A DNA stretch of 64,000 nt from Terriglobia bacterium (GCA_965198225.1 CBDAOY010000009.1:64001-128000), one strand, 5' to 3'. Shown: positions 1 to 13,280, numbered from the stretch's first letter. Numbers and translations: made by a program. Notes: a model not told the origin generated them from the letters alone.

Positions 1-70
1 CCCCCTTCATCACGCGGGCGAGGACGAGCCCGTCGAGTTCCTCACCGGCTTCCAGGTGCTTGTAGTCCAT
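1..70 (-). CDS. 5' end of a gene running off the window (MDYKHLEAGEELDGLVLARVMKG...), product unknown
   Basis: ATG at 70, frame open to the window edge, just downstream of a terminator. Confidence 0.5.
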   Translation of the reverse strand, partial: MDYKHLEAGEELDGLVLARVMKG

Positions 71-90
71 AGGCAGATACTAGCAGGTAG

Positions 91-115
91 AAAAAGGGCG
101 GTCCGAAGACCGCCC
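91..115 (-). terminator. Intrinsic terminator of the S9 peptidase gene
   Basis: Minus strand GGGCGGTC-TTCG-GACCGCCC-TTTTT. Confidence 0.8.
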
Positions 116-139
116 GTCGAGGTCGAGACTGTTCCTATT

Positions 140-2507
140 CTAACTACCGCCTTGTGACTGACTTGTGGTCGTCCCCTCGCTATCCTCCTCCTCAGCCGGG
201 AGCGTGTTCAACAGGTCTTCCCATTCGAACCAGCCGTCCTTCCCGTTGATCCACTTTTCCATCCAGTTGAACTCCGACACCATCTTGACCAGACGGTTGC
301 GATTGCTCGTGATTCCGTGGGTGGTACCGTCTTCCCTTCCCGTTGATCCACTTTTCCATCCAGTTGAACTCCGACACCATCTTGACCAGACGGTTGCGAT
401 TGCTCGTGATTCCGTGGGTGGTACCGGGATAGACGAAGAACTCTGTCGGCACACCGAGCTTCTTCAGGGCCATGTGCAGCTCTTCACTCTGCGGGCGCGG
501 CACTCGCGGATCGCCGTGAACGACGTGGACCATCGTCGGTGTCTTCGCGTTGTTGATGTACTTGAGGGGCGAGATGTCCCAGAGCGCGTCGAAGTCGTCG
601 TAGGGGAACGTACCGAAGTAGTTCTGGCGATTCCGTTGCACGTCGCTCTGCGCGTACATCGAGATCCAGTTCATGGTCCCCGCGCCCGATGATATGGCTT
701 TGAAGCGGTCTGTGTGCGTCAGGATCCAGTTGGACCAGTGGCCACCAGCGCTCCACCCCATCGCTCCCAGCTTGTCGGGATCCACCATGCCTTCCTCGAT
801 GAGGTGATCCACCCCGGCGATGATGTCCTCATAGCCCTGCCGGAAGTAGTCGCCGACAATCTCGGTCCGAAACTCCTCGCCGTAATTGCTCGAGCCGCGG
901 TAGTTCGGAAGCAGACACATGTACCCGTTCGCGGCGTAAACATGGGAATAGTAGCCGTGGCTGGCGTTGAAGCTCAGGACGCTCGCCGAGGCCGGACCGC
1001 CGTGAATCTGAACGATCAGCGGATAGCGCCGGCCGGGCTCGTAGTCGAGCGGTTTGACCAGGACGCCCTCAACCATCCTGCCGTCAGTCGAGCGCCACTG
1101 GACGGCCTCGGTCTCGCCTAGCTGCAACCCATCAACCTGCGGGTTGGAATTCGTCAGGCGCTTCCAGTTCGAGCGGTCCCCGACCTGGTCGATGGACGAC
1201 ACGGTGTAGATACTGGCGGGCGTGACCGGGTCGGAATAGTTGATCGTTACGGTGTCGCTCACCCAGTCGTAGGTCGCCGACACCGACCCAGGCTCGTCGA
1301 CGAGACGCGTGACGGCGCCCGACTCCACGTCGACCGCCAGCAGACCACGGGTGGCGCCGAGGCCCGCGTTCGAGTAAATCGTAGAACCGTCCTGAGACCA
1401 GAAACTGCCCGGAACGCGCCCGTCGAATTCGCCGCCCAGCATCCTGAAGTCGCCGCCACGATCGCTGACTTGCCTGACCCAGATCTTCTGGTCGCGATTG
1501 TAGGTGAAATCGTTGGATGCCGAGAAAGCCAGCATCGAACTGTCCGACGAAAACTGAACGGTGCTCTCCCGGATCTCTTCGTTGTCGGTCAACCGTTCGA
1601 TCTCGCCGGTCTCCACCTCGAGCAGATAGTTGTCCGCGTGGATGCCTCGCTCGGTGACGGTCCGCATGTAACGGTCGTTGGGCGTGCCCTGGTAAGCGAT
1701 CCACTTTGAGTCTCGCGATATGGTCACGCCACTGACCGCGTAGTCGTTCGTGTCGGTCAGATGCTCCTTCTCCCGGGTGTTCATGTCGAACGACCAGAGG
1801 TGCTCGAGGGCGCGGTCTTCGTTGCGGATCATGACATCGAAGTTCTCCCTCATCCTTCTGCGGTTGCCATTATCCACGCTGTCGGGAGCGATGAAGTAGA
1901 CCCTCTGGCTGTCAGGAGCAAACTCCCACCAGACGACCGGAGCATGGTGATCGATGAGATGGACCGGTTCCGGATCATCGATTTCGGCCAGACGGATTGC
2001 CCAGACGCTGCGGTCGTCTTCCTTGCCGGCCGTGTAGGCGAGCCACTGCCCGTCGTAACTAAACGCGTACCGGCTGACGCCGTCCTTCGCGTCGGTGATG
2101 CGGCGCGATTCCCCTCCGTCGGGCCGCATCAGGAAAAGCTGGTTGTCCGAACCGTCCGACACCCGGTCGGAAGCAAAGACGAAGAAGCTGCTGTCGGTCG
2201 ACCATCTCGGATTGGTCTCGTTCTTGCCAGCCGTGTAGGTCATCTGGCGGGTCGAGTCGATTCCCTCTTCGAGGGAAACCAGATACAGGTCGGTGAAGTT
2301 CTTGCCCGACTCCCAGTCGGTGATCGATCGGGTGAACACCATCGAACTTCCGTCCGGACTGACCCTCGCGTTCCCGACCGACTGCATGTTGATGATGTCC
2401 ATGAAGGTCATCGGCCGCTTGTCCTGAGCCGTGCCGAGCGGAACCGACACGACCGCCAACAGCGCCGCAACCAGTGCAATAGTCCCAAGTCGACTCATCG
2501 TTTTCAT
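140..2507 (-). CDS. Exported S9 family (prolyl oligopeptidase/acylaminoacyl) peptidase with beta-propeller; C-terminus frameshifted by a duplication
   Basis: Signal peptide, PD40-like repeats, IHGGP, GWSAGG nucleophile motif, DPRVP and THGI; the natural C-terminus lies in ORF 140..454 while the ORF as read stops at 192. Confidence 0.9.
238..426. repeat. 92-bp perfect tandem duplication (238-329 and 335-426) with 5-bp spacer
   Basis: Direct comparison of the two copies. Confidence 0.95.
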
Positions 2508-2714
2508 AAGCTCGCGCCCGAACAGCGCCCTCCTCTTTGAATGGGTTTCGAGATAACAACGAGGATCGAAACTTAGGGAGAGGGAGTCAAGTAATTTCGG
2601 TGGGAAGAATCGGATTCACCACGGAGGCCCGAAGGCACGGAGGGATCTGGCGCTCAAAACGATCAGCCGTGCAGAGCGCGGCGGAGACGCCGCTGAGACA
2701 AGGCGCGCGACCAG

Positions 2715-3119
2715 CTACTCTACTACCATGCCGATAGACTTGACACGGCTCGTCACGATTCGGCGGCCGTCGTACTGGAACTCCAGGTTGAAGCCCAGGT
2801 AGATGCCGCGAAGCTTGAGGAAGGAGCCGCCCATGGAACTCCCGGCGAGGTGCACAGCGGTGCGTTCGGGGAAGAATTGACCTCCGCGGACCATCACTTC
2901 GCCGGAATGCTTGGAGAGAATCGTAATCTCGTAAGTGCTGTTTTCGGTCTTCACGCAGAGACAGTCGAGGTCGTCAAGGGTTTCGATCTGCAGGCCGTCG
3001 CTCCACTCCCTCTTGGACCAATTATCAAGGATGCCCTCGGCGTTGTGCCAAGCCGACCGGTCCGTACCGAGCGTCGGCCGGCCGATTATGGTCTTGGCCG
3101 TGCGTCCGAATGCATCCAT
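2715..3119 (-). CDS. Hypothetical small beta-rich protein
   Basis: 134-aa ORF with host-like codon usage and an upstream GGAGAG SD-like sequence. Confidence 0.7.
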   Translation of the reverse strand: MDAFGRTAKTIIGRPTLGTDRSAWHNAEGILDNWSKREWSDGLQIETLDDLDCLCVKTENSTYEITILSKHSGEVMVRGGQFFPERTAVHLAGSSMGGSFLKLRGIYLGFNLEFQYDGRRIVTSRVKSIGMVVE

Positions 3120-3191
3120 CGCTGGCTCTCCGGGGGACAGTTTACTTTAGATGCGGGTAGAGTCCCACATCCTTTTCCCAGAAAGAATCCT

Positions 3192-3277
3192 TGCAGTTAG
3201 GGTACCAAACCAATCCTCTCGGACGCCAATCCCCGCGGTCCTGCGGGGATCCGGAGGCGGGGGCTAAGCCATTGATT
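3192..3277 (-). promoter_or_regulatory. Candidate sigma54 promoter (3207-3192) with an IHF-consensus site (3265-3277)
   Basis: Minus strand TGGTAC-CCTAA-CTGCA (GG-N10-GC); AATCAATGGCTTA matches WATCAANNNNTTR. Confidence 0.45.
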
Positions 3278-3316
3278 GCAGGGCATGACTAGCTCATACT
3301 CGGATTACATAGAACG

Positions 3317-4687
3317 ATGCCCAACGAGAACCCGCTCGTCCGGTCGGTCCGCCAGACACTCCATAAGCACCGGCTGATTGACACAAGTGACACGATCCTG
3401 GTCGGAGTATCGGGTGGCGCCGATTCGGTCTGCCTTCTCCACATCCTGCATACTCTGGGACTCCGGATCGGGGTCGGCCATGTCAACCACGGGTGGCGAG
3501 GCCAGGCGTCGGACGACGACGAGCATTTCGTGCGCGAACTGGCGGCTCGACTCGACGTGCCCTTCCACACCCAGGAACCTGGCGTAGCGGGATCAGGCAA
3601 CCCGGAGGCCGAAGCCCGGACGGCCCGGAAGCGTTTTTTTGATCAATTACTTACAAGTGAGTCCTTTACTAAGGTTGCGCTGGCTCACTCGCGAAACGAC
3701 AGAAGCGAGACATTGCTTCTGAACCTACTCCGCGGGTCCGGCCCGGAAGGGCTGGTCGCGATGAGTGCCGTGACGGGACGTGTGATCCGGCCACTGATCG
3801 AATCCACCCGCGACGAGATCGAGGCCCACCTCCGAACCATCGGCCAACCCTGGCGCGATGACCGAACGAACAGCGATCTCGACTTTGCACGAAACCGCAT
3901 CCGACATGTCGTACTGCCGACGCTGGCGTCCGATTTCAATCCGAATCTGATTGACACACTGGCGCGAACCGTCGAGCTGCTTGCAGACGAGAACGAATGG
4001 ATGAAGCAGGCGATCGACGAGTGGCTCCTCGAACGCTGCCGGAAGGATGAGGCCGGCGTTGTGTTGCGCATCGATGATTTGGCTGGCCGCCCTGTCGGCT
4101 TTGTCAGGAGAGTCTTGAGGGAGTCCTTGAGGCGGTCCGGCTCCGCCCTCACCGACGTCGGCTTCGATCATCTCGAAAGTGTTCGGTCGCTACTCGAGCC
4201 GGGAAAAAGCGGCAAGGTCATCGAGCTGCCGGGCGCCATCGCCGTCGAACGCAATTTCGACACACTCGTCTTTGCCGAGGGGGTCGAAGCAAAGGCTGAC
4301 TACGAATACGAACTCGAGATTCCCGGGCGGGTTCACGTGCCTGAAATCGGTTGCGTGATCGAGGCCCGGCTCGCCAGCCCGGCCGACGGCAAACCCAGGC
4401 AGGGAAGGGCCTTGGTCGATGGTGAATCTCTGGGTCCCTGTGTTAGAATCCGTAATTGGAGAAATGGCGACTTTTATAGCCCTGTAGGACTTCCAGCGGC
4501 TACGCTGAAGAAGCTCTTCCAGAACGAACGGGTTCCGAGGAGACAGAGACACCGATTGCCGGTGTTGGTCGCGGAATCTTCGATCGTCTGGGTGGCCTCG
4601 TTCCCTGTTTCCCGCGAATTCGCCCCGACGGGCCATTCCCGAAGAATCATCGAATTCGAGGCTTTGCCGCAGGCTCCGGGAGAGTAG
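3317..4687 (+). CDS. tilS: tRNA(Ile)-lysidine synthase
   Basis: SGGADS PP-loop, HVNHG, AHSRND, RNRIR motifs; located upstream of ftsH. Confidence 0.95.
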   Translation: MPNENPLVRSVRQTLHKHRLIDTSDTILVGVSGGADSVCLLHILHTLGLRIGVGHVNHGWRGQASDDDEHFVRELAARLDVPFHTQEPGVAGSGNPEAEARTARKRFFDQLLTSESFTKVALAHSRNDRSETLLLNLLRGSGPEGLVAMSAVTGRVIRPLIESTRDEIEAHLRTIGQPWRDDRTNSDLDFARNRIRHVVLPTLASDFNPNLIDTLARTVELLADENEWMKQAIDEWLLERCRKDEAGVVLRIDDLAGRPVGFVRRVLRESLRRSGSALTDVGFDHLESVRSLLEPGKSGKVIELPGAIAVERNFDTLVFAEGVEAKADYEYELEIPGRVHVPEIGCVIEARLASPADGKPRQGRALVDGESLGPCVRIRNWRNGDFYSPVGLPAATLKKLFQNERVPRRQRHRLPVLVAESSIVWVASFPVSREFAPTGHSRRIIEFEALPQAPGE

Positions 4688-4776
4688 AGTCGTTTGGGAG
4701 ACTGAGGAGTCTAAAGTAACAAAGCGACTTTAGACGAGCCCGGATTTCGTGAGGAATCCAGGCTTGGGGGATTTTA

Positions 4777-6693
<1,917 letters not shown>

Positions 6694-6695
6694 GC

Positions 6696-6761
6696 GTCGT
6701 TGCGCTTCTGTGAGCGCACTTTGCGAGGGGATGAAGATGTGCGGTCATAGACCGCACCTAC
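6696..6761. repeat. REP doublet (degenerate C-type forward + G-type reverse)
   Basis: GTGCGGTCATAGACCGCACCTAC at 6739-6761; GCGCTTCTGTGAGCGCAC upstream. Confidence 0.8.
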
Positions 6762-6776
6762 ACTGATGAAGCATCG

Positions 6777-6804
6777 GCCAGAAGCCACGGCTTCTGGCTT
6801 TTTT
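6777..6804 (+). terminator. Intrinsic terminator after ftsH
   Basis: GCCAGAAGCC-AC-GGCTTCTGGC-TTTTTT. Confidence 0.8.
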
Positions 6805-6814
6805 GTATCTACTG

Positions 6815-7687
6815 ATGCGCACACCCCGCACCTGGAAGCTCCCTCGAACATCATTCGAAATGGGCGAGCGTACGCTGGTGATGGGGATCCTGAACGTCAC
6901 ACCCGATTCATTCTCCGACGGCGGACTCTACAGCGACCCTTCGCGGGCTATCGAACGGGGCCGGGAGATCGAGGCGCAGGGCGCCGACATCCTCGACATC
7001 GGGGGGGAATCGACGAGACCGGGAAGCCAGCCCATCTCGGTGGACGAAGAGATCCGACGCGTCGTACCCGTCGTCGAACAACTCGCGCGGGTACTTCGAA
7101 TCCCTATCTCGGTCGACACCTACCGGGCCGAGGTCGCCCGACGGGCGATCGATGCGGGGGTCCAGGTCATCAACGACGTGGGCGGCCTCAGACTGGACCC
7201 CGAAATGGGACAGGTGGCGGCCGAAACACGCGTGGGGATCGTCCTGATGCACAGTCGCGGGGATCGCAGCGAACTCCACGTCCGTGACGGGGACCACTCT
7301 CCCGAAGCCGTGTGCAGCGAACTCTCTCAAACCATTGAAAGCGCTATCCAAGAAGGTATTGAACCCGCCTCGATAGTCGCCGACCCCGGTCTCGGCTTCG
7401 GTAAGAGCTCACGCGCCAGCCTAAAAATCTTAAAAAGCCTGGGTCTTTTTAGTACACTAGACTATCCACTATTAGTGGGCGTGTCCCGTAAGTCATTTAT
7501 AAAAATGAACATATCCGGCCCGGAGGTCGCGGTTTGGACTACCGCATCCGCCGTGGCTCTGGCCGTAGGAAACGGGGCCCACGCCATTCGTGTCCATGAT
7601 GTTGCTCAAATGAGAGCCGTGGCTCAAATGGCAGACGCAATCGAGCAGGAAGATTGGGGACGGCGACCGAATTCCCGGCATTCCTGA
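6815..7687 (+). CDS. folP: Dihydropteroate synthase
   Basis: MGILNVTPDSFSDGG, DIGGESTRPG, DPGLGFGK, SRKSF, RVHDV; ATG at 6815 preferred as start. Confidence 0.96.
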   Translation: MRTPRTWKLPRTSFEMGERTLVMGILNVTPDSFSDGGLYSDPSRAIERGREIEAQGADILDIGGESTRPGSQPISVDEEIRRVVPVVEQLARVLRIPISVDTYRAEVARRAIDAGVQVINDVGGLRLDPEMGQVAAETRVGIVLMHSRGDRSELHVRDGDHSPEAVCSELSQTIESAIQEGIEPASIVADPGLGFGKSSRASLKILKSLGLFSTLDYPLLVGVSRKSFIKMNISGPEVAVWTTASAVALAVGNGAHAIRVHDVAQMRAVAQMADAIEQEDWGRRPNSRHS

Positions 7688-7704
7688 GTTCGGTCTCCGT
7701 CCCC
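7656..7704. repeat. 19-bp-arm palindrome (GGGGAC...GTCCCC type) overlapping the folP stop
   Basis: GGGGACGGCGACCGAATTC / GAGTTCGGTCTCCGTCCCC, 2 mismatches. Confidence 0.75.
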
Positions 7705-7716
7705 GAATTAAAACTG

Positions 7717-8526
7717 ATGTTGGGTGAATTACTGGCATTGCCGCCGATTGACGGATTCGCGATCCTCGATATTCTGATCGTCGCGTTCATCATCTATCAT
7801 ATTTTGGTATTGATGCGCGGAACGCGTGCGGTGCAGATGGCGCTCGGCCTGACCGTGGTCGTGGCCTTCTTCTACTTCTCCAGATACGGCCAGCTTGCGG
7901 CCCTTTCGTGGCTGCTGACGAACATCCTTCCCTACTTTGTTTTCGCCATCATCGTTATCTTCCAGGCCGAAATCCGCAGAGCGCTCACGCATTTCGGCAG
8001 GACTCCATTCCTGAGCGGCTTTTCGTCGATCAATCGCGGCGAGTTCTACGACGAGCTGGTCCTGGCTGCAACGACGCTGGCTTCGCGGAAGACGGGCGCG
8101 TTGATCGTCCTGGAACGCGACGTGGGGCTGAAGAATTACATCGAGAGCGGGATCGCGTTGGAATCGCTGGTGTCCTATGACATTCTCGTGACGATTTTCG
8201 ATCCCTCCGTCCCTCTTCATGACGGGGCCGCTATCGTGCAGAACGGTCGTGTCGCCGCCGCAGCCTGTTTCCTCCCGCTGACCGTGAATCCGCGCCTGAG
8301 CAAAGAACTGGGGACCCGCCACCGCGCAGCGATCGGCGTTACCGAGGAGACGGACGCGGTCGTGATCGTCGTGTCTGAGGAAAACGGGTCGATCTCGTTT
8401 GCGGCGAACGGCGAGATCATGCGCTTCCTCGATTCCGAGGGACTGCGGAGCCGACTACGCGACGCTTTTGAAAAGAAATCACCCGAGCAGCTTCACGAAG
8501 CGGTCACCTCGCCGGCCGAATCATAG
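7717..8526 (+). CDS. cdaA: Membrane diadenylate cyclase CdaA/DacA
   Basis: Three N-terminal TM helices, IFQAEIRRAL, HDGA and GTRHRAA catalytic motifs. Confidence 0.93.
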   Translation: MLGELLALPPIDGFAILDILIVAFIIYHILVLMRGTRAVQMALGLTVVVAFFYFSRYGQLAALSWLLTNILPYFVFAIIVIFQAEIRRALTHFGRTPFLSGFSSINRGEFYDELVLAATTLASRKTGALIVLERDVGLKNYIESGIALESLVSYDILVTIFDPSVPLHDGAAIVQNGRVAAAACFLPLTVNPRLSKELGTRHRAAIGVTEETDAVVIVVSEENGSISFAANGEIMRFLDSEGLRSRLRDAFEKKSPEQLHEAVTSPAES

Positions 8527-8535
8527 GGTCAGGTC

Positions 8536-9468
8536 ATGCAGCTCCGGCAACTCATCACACGCAACTGGTTTCTGAAGGTGTTCTCGATCCTGCTCGCCAG
8601 TCTGCTGTGGCTCACGATCGCCAGCGAAACGAACTCTGTGATCAACCGGACCCTCGCATTGGAGTTTCAGAGCATCCCGGCCAACACGGAGATTACAGGA
8701 GAGACTGCCCGAGAAGTCGATCTGCAGCTGCGCGGCTCGTCGAACCTGCTCAACGAAATCTCGCCGGCCGACCTGGCCGCTGTGGTGTCGCTGGTCGGAC
8801 AGACCCCGGGTGAGAAGAACCTCCCCCTTTCGGCGCAGAACATCCAAACGCCCTTCGGCGTCGAGGTGCTTCGTGTCAACCCTCCGCGCGTCCAATTCAA
8901 TCTGGAGCGGACGCTGTCCCGGCAGCTGCCGGTCCGGGCAACGGTCGAGGGCGAACCTGCGGAGGATTACGTCGTGGTGGGCATTGTCGTCTCGCCGAGC
9001 ACGGTACAGGTGGTCGGACCAGAGTCCAGAATCCGACCACTCGAGTCGCTACCGACCACATCGATCCGAATCGACGGGCTGCGAGAGAGTGTTCGCGAAT
9101 CCGCGGATCTGAACGTCATGGATCCTTTGGTCCGGCTGCAATCGCTGTCGCCTTATGAGGTGATGATTCAGATCCTGGAAGTCGAAGTCGAGGACATCTA
9201 CACGATTACCCTGGATCCTTCTCTGGATCCGGAGCTGTGGTTCGTGCAGCCCTCGGAAATCGAGGTCACGATACGTGGGCCCAAGAGCCTGATGGCCGAG
9301 TACGAACCCGAGTTTGTCTATTTCACGATCGACACCGACAGTCTCTCACCGGGAAGCCAGGAAGTCATTCCACGAATCATCGGCGTCAATGAACCACTTT
9401 ACGCTGCGCTGACGGAACCCGAGAGCGTCGAGGTAATCGTCCGGCCGGAGGCGGCCGATCGTCCATGA
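8536..9468 (+). CDS. cdaR: CdaR/YbbR-domain regulator of diadenylate cyclase
   Basis: N-terminal TM (NWFLKVFSILLASLLWL), repeated beta-rich YbbR-like units, position between cdaA and glmM. Confidence 0.85.
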   Translation: MQLRQLITRNWFLKVFSILLASLLWLTIASETNSVINRTLALEFQSIPANTEITGETAREVDLQLRGSSNLLNEISPADLAAVVSLVGQTPGEKNLPLSAQNIQTPFGVEVLRVNPPRVQFNLERTLSRQLPVRATVEGEPAEDYVVVGIVVSPSTVQVVGPESRIRPLESLPTTSIRIDGLRESVRESADLNVMDPLVRLQSLSPYEVMIQILEVEVEDIYTITLDPSLDPELWFVQPSEIEVTIRGPKSLMAEYEPEFVYFTIDTDSLSPGSQEVIPRIIGVNEPLYAALTEPESVEVIVRPEAADRP

Positions 9469-9475
9469 TGGCAGT

Positions 9476-9541
9476 GTAGGTGCGGTCTATGACCGCACAC
9501 ATCTAACCCGGACCATTTGTGCGCTCACAGAGCGCACCTAC
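9476..9541. repeat. REP doublet (G-type forward + C-type reverse)
   Basis: GTAGGTGCGGTCTATGACCGCAC ... GTGCGCTCACAGAGCGCACCTAC. Confidence 0.9.
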
Positions 9542-9553
9542 ACGTAGATACTC

Positions 9554-10945
9554 TTGAACAAGCTATTTGGTACAGACGGGATTCGCGCTCGCGCCGGTCA
9601 GTTCCCGCTGGATGCAGCAACACTGCCGGCGATCGGACGGGCGATCGGGCTGGAACTGGGGCGCAAGATCATCGTTGGACAGGATCCTCGGGCTTCCAGC
9701 CCCTGGATACTGCAGCAACTGAGGGCGGGGCTCGACGGCACTAACGCGTCGATCGTCGACACCGGCGTTCTGCCCACCCCTGCGATCGCGCTGCTGACTC
9801 AGCAGTCGGACGCCGCTGGCGGCGTGATGATTTCTGCCTCCCACAATTCGTACTCGGACAACGGCATCAAGGTATTTGGCGCGAACGGCCGCAAGCTGGC
9901 CGATGCGGAAGAAGAGCGTCTCGAAAAACGCGTCCACAGTTTGTTCCCCGTCGAAGCAGCGGAAAGCCCGGCTAGTGATGTTCCGTCCGCAGCTCCCAGT
10001 GCGTCCCCGTGGCTCGAAAAATATCAGACGCTCCTCGCCGCCAGATTCCCCGACGGACGCTGGCTCGAGGGCTTTCGGCTGGCCGTCGACTGCGCGAACG
10101 GTGCGATGAGCGACGTCGCGCCGGATCTGCTCCGGCGAATGGGAGCGGACGTGTCGACCGTCAACGCGAGCCCATCGGGAACCAACATCAACGAAGGTTG
10201 CGGAGCGGTGCACCCACAAGCCCTGATCGAAGCGGTCCTGGAGCAAGAAGCTGACCTTGGCGTCGCGTTCGACGGCGACGGCGACCGCTCGATGTTCGTC
10301 GCCGGGAGCGGGAAACTGGTCGACGGAGACCCGATCCTTCTCTTGATCGCACGCCTGATGAGAAAGGATGGACGGCTCGACCCTCCCATCGTCATCGGTA
10401 CCTCCATGACCAACTACGGCCTCGAGCGGATCTTTGCCGACGAAAGTATCCGATTGACGCGGGTCGGCGTCGGTGACCGGTACGTGTTTCAAGAGATGCT
10501 GGACAGCGGCAGCGCGCTCGGCGGCGAGCCTTCCGGCCACATCATCTTCCCCGATTTCCGGCTATCGGGAGACGGGCTGCTGACGACTTTGAAGGTGTGT
10601 GAAGCCCTCGTCAAACAGAACGCCTCCTTGGATGACCTGACCGCCGACTGGGATCCGGCCCCCCAGCTTCTCCAGAATGTACCCGTCGAGAGAAAAGTAC
10701 CGCTCGAGGGAATGCCTTCGGTGACCGCTCGAATCGGCGAGATCGCTCGCGAACTGGAGGGACGGGGGCGGATCGTCGTGCGCTATTCAGGCACCGAATC
10801 TCTGCTGCGCGTGATGATCGAGAGCGACTCCGCACCGCGGAACGAACGGCTTGCCGGTGAGCTGATCGCGCTAGTCCGTCGCGAACTGCCGAAAGTGTTT
10901 CAAACGGACGAAAATAAAGGGCAAGAACACCGATCCGGCGCTTGA
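9554..10945 (+). CDS. glmM: Phosphoglucosamine mutase
   Basis: LFGTDGIR, ISASHN, DGDGDR, GGEPSGH, RYSGTE. Confidence 0.95.
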   Translation: MNKLFGTDGIRARAGQFPLDAATLPAIGRAIGLELGRKIIVGQDPRASSPWILQQLRAGLDGTNASIVDTGVLPTPAIALLTQQSDAAGGVMISASHNSYSDNGIKVFGANGRKLADAEEERLEKRVHSLFPVEAAESPASDVPSAAPSASPWLEKYQTLLAARFPDGRWLEGFRLAVDCANGAMSDVAPDLLRRMGADVSTVNASPSGTNINEGCGAVHPQALIEAVLEQEADLGVAFDGDGDRSMFVAGSGKLVDGDPILLLIARLMRKDGRLDPPIVIGTSMTNYGLERIFADESIRLTRVGVGDRYVFQEMLDSGSALGGEPSGHIIFPDFRLSGDGLLTTLKVCEALVKQNASLDDLTADWDPAPQLLQNVPVERKVPLEGMPSVTARIGEIARELEGRGRIVVRYSGTESLLRVMIESDSAPRNERLAGELIALVRRELPKVFQTDENKGQEHRSGA

Positions 10946-10970
10946 CAGAATCCCCGCAGCCGCGTACTAT
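10942..10970 (+). promoter_or_regulatory. sigma70 promoter of the rRNA operon
   Basis: TTGACA-17 nt-TACTAT; the -35 overlaps the glmM stop codon. Confidence 0.85.
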
Positions 10971-11124
10971 CCTCTGATGCGCCTGCGCACATGGAGTTAT
11001 CGTGCGCAGGGTGGCGAAAAGGAACCGCCGAGCAATACCCTGGCGGTTTTTTTTAGCCCCTTCAACACTCCCCAAACTTCGTTTTGAGGGGTGTCGCAGC
11101 GCTTATTTGAGGCCTGGAGCCCCA

Positions 11125-11150
11125 AGCTCTTTGACAACAGAAAGCGTGCC
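11125..11150 (+). promoter_or_regulatory. boxA-like antitermination site and 5' arm of the 16S processing stem
   Basis: GCTCTTTGACAAC; CAGAAAGCGTGCC is complementary to GGCACGCTTTCTG at ~12793-12805; a second boxA-like GTCTTTGACAAC lies at ~13185. Confidence 0.75.
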
Positions 11151-11210
11151 TAAAAGTCGAATAACTGAGTCTTTTAGCTGACAAGCGATGTATCTGAACT
11201 TTCAAAAGTC

Positions 11211-12741
<1,531 letters not shown>

Positions 12742-12819
12742 GAGTAAAGTCTCACAAACGCCTGTTGAGCTGGGATTCGGTTCCGGCTGGCGGGCACGCT
12801 TTCTGCCTCAAATATACGT

Positions 12820-12842
12820 GTAGGTGCGGTCTATGACCGCAC
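12820..12842 (+). repeat. REP (G-type) in the 16S-tRNA spacer
   Basis: GTAGGTGCGGTCTATGACCGCAC. Confidence 0.9.
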
Positions 12843-12902
12843 AATCAAACCTGGCACTCGTCTAACCGGCGAGACCCGACGACAGTAGCGGAGTAGAATC
12901 CC

Positions 12903-12977
<75 letters not shown>

Positions 12978-13006
12978 TTCTGAAGGGGTGCGGGCTTCCG
13001 GTGCCG

Positions 13007-13079
13007 GGGGATGTAGCTCAGTTGGGAGAGCGCCGCCCTTGCAAGGCGGAGGTCGTCGGTTCGATCCCGATCATCTCCA
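13007..13079 (+). tRNA. tRNA-Ala(TGC), CCA not encoded
   Basis: GGGGATG...CATCTCCA cloverleaf with G3-U70, anticodon TGC. Confidence 0.97.
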
Positions 13080-13257
13080 TTGAAAGAAATCGAAATCCGA
13101 TTTCTTCACATTCGAAATTCGAGATCTCAGATTTCCAATTTCAAATTTTTCGCTTCGGCTTGCAGCCGGAGCGAAAGTCACCTGGTCTTTGACAACTGAA
13201 TATTGATGGGCAAACTCTACGAATTCCTGACGTAGAGCGAGCTGGAAAGCCTCTCCT

Positions 13258-13280
13258 GTTGGTGCGGTCTCTGACCGCAC
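13258..13280 (+). repeat. REP (G-type variant) in the tRNA-23S spacer
   Basis: GTTGGTGCGGTCTCTGACCGCAC. Confidence 0.8.

Noticed and set aside
4688-4776. No hpt between tilS and ftsH
   Set aside because: The tilS-ftsH arrangement without hpt is common
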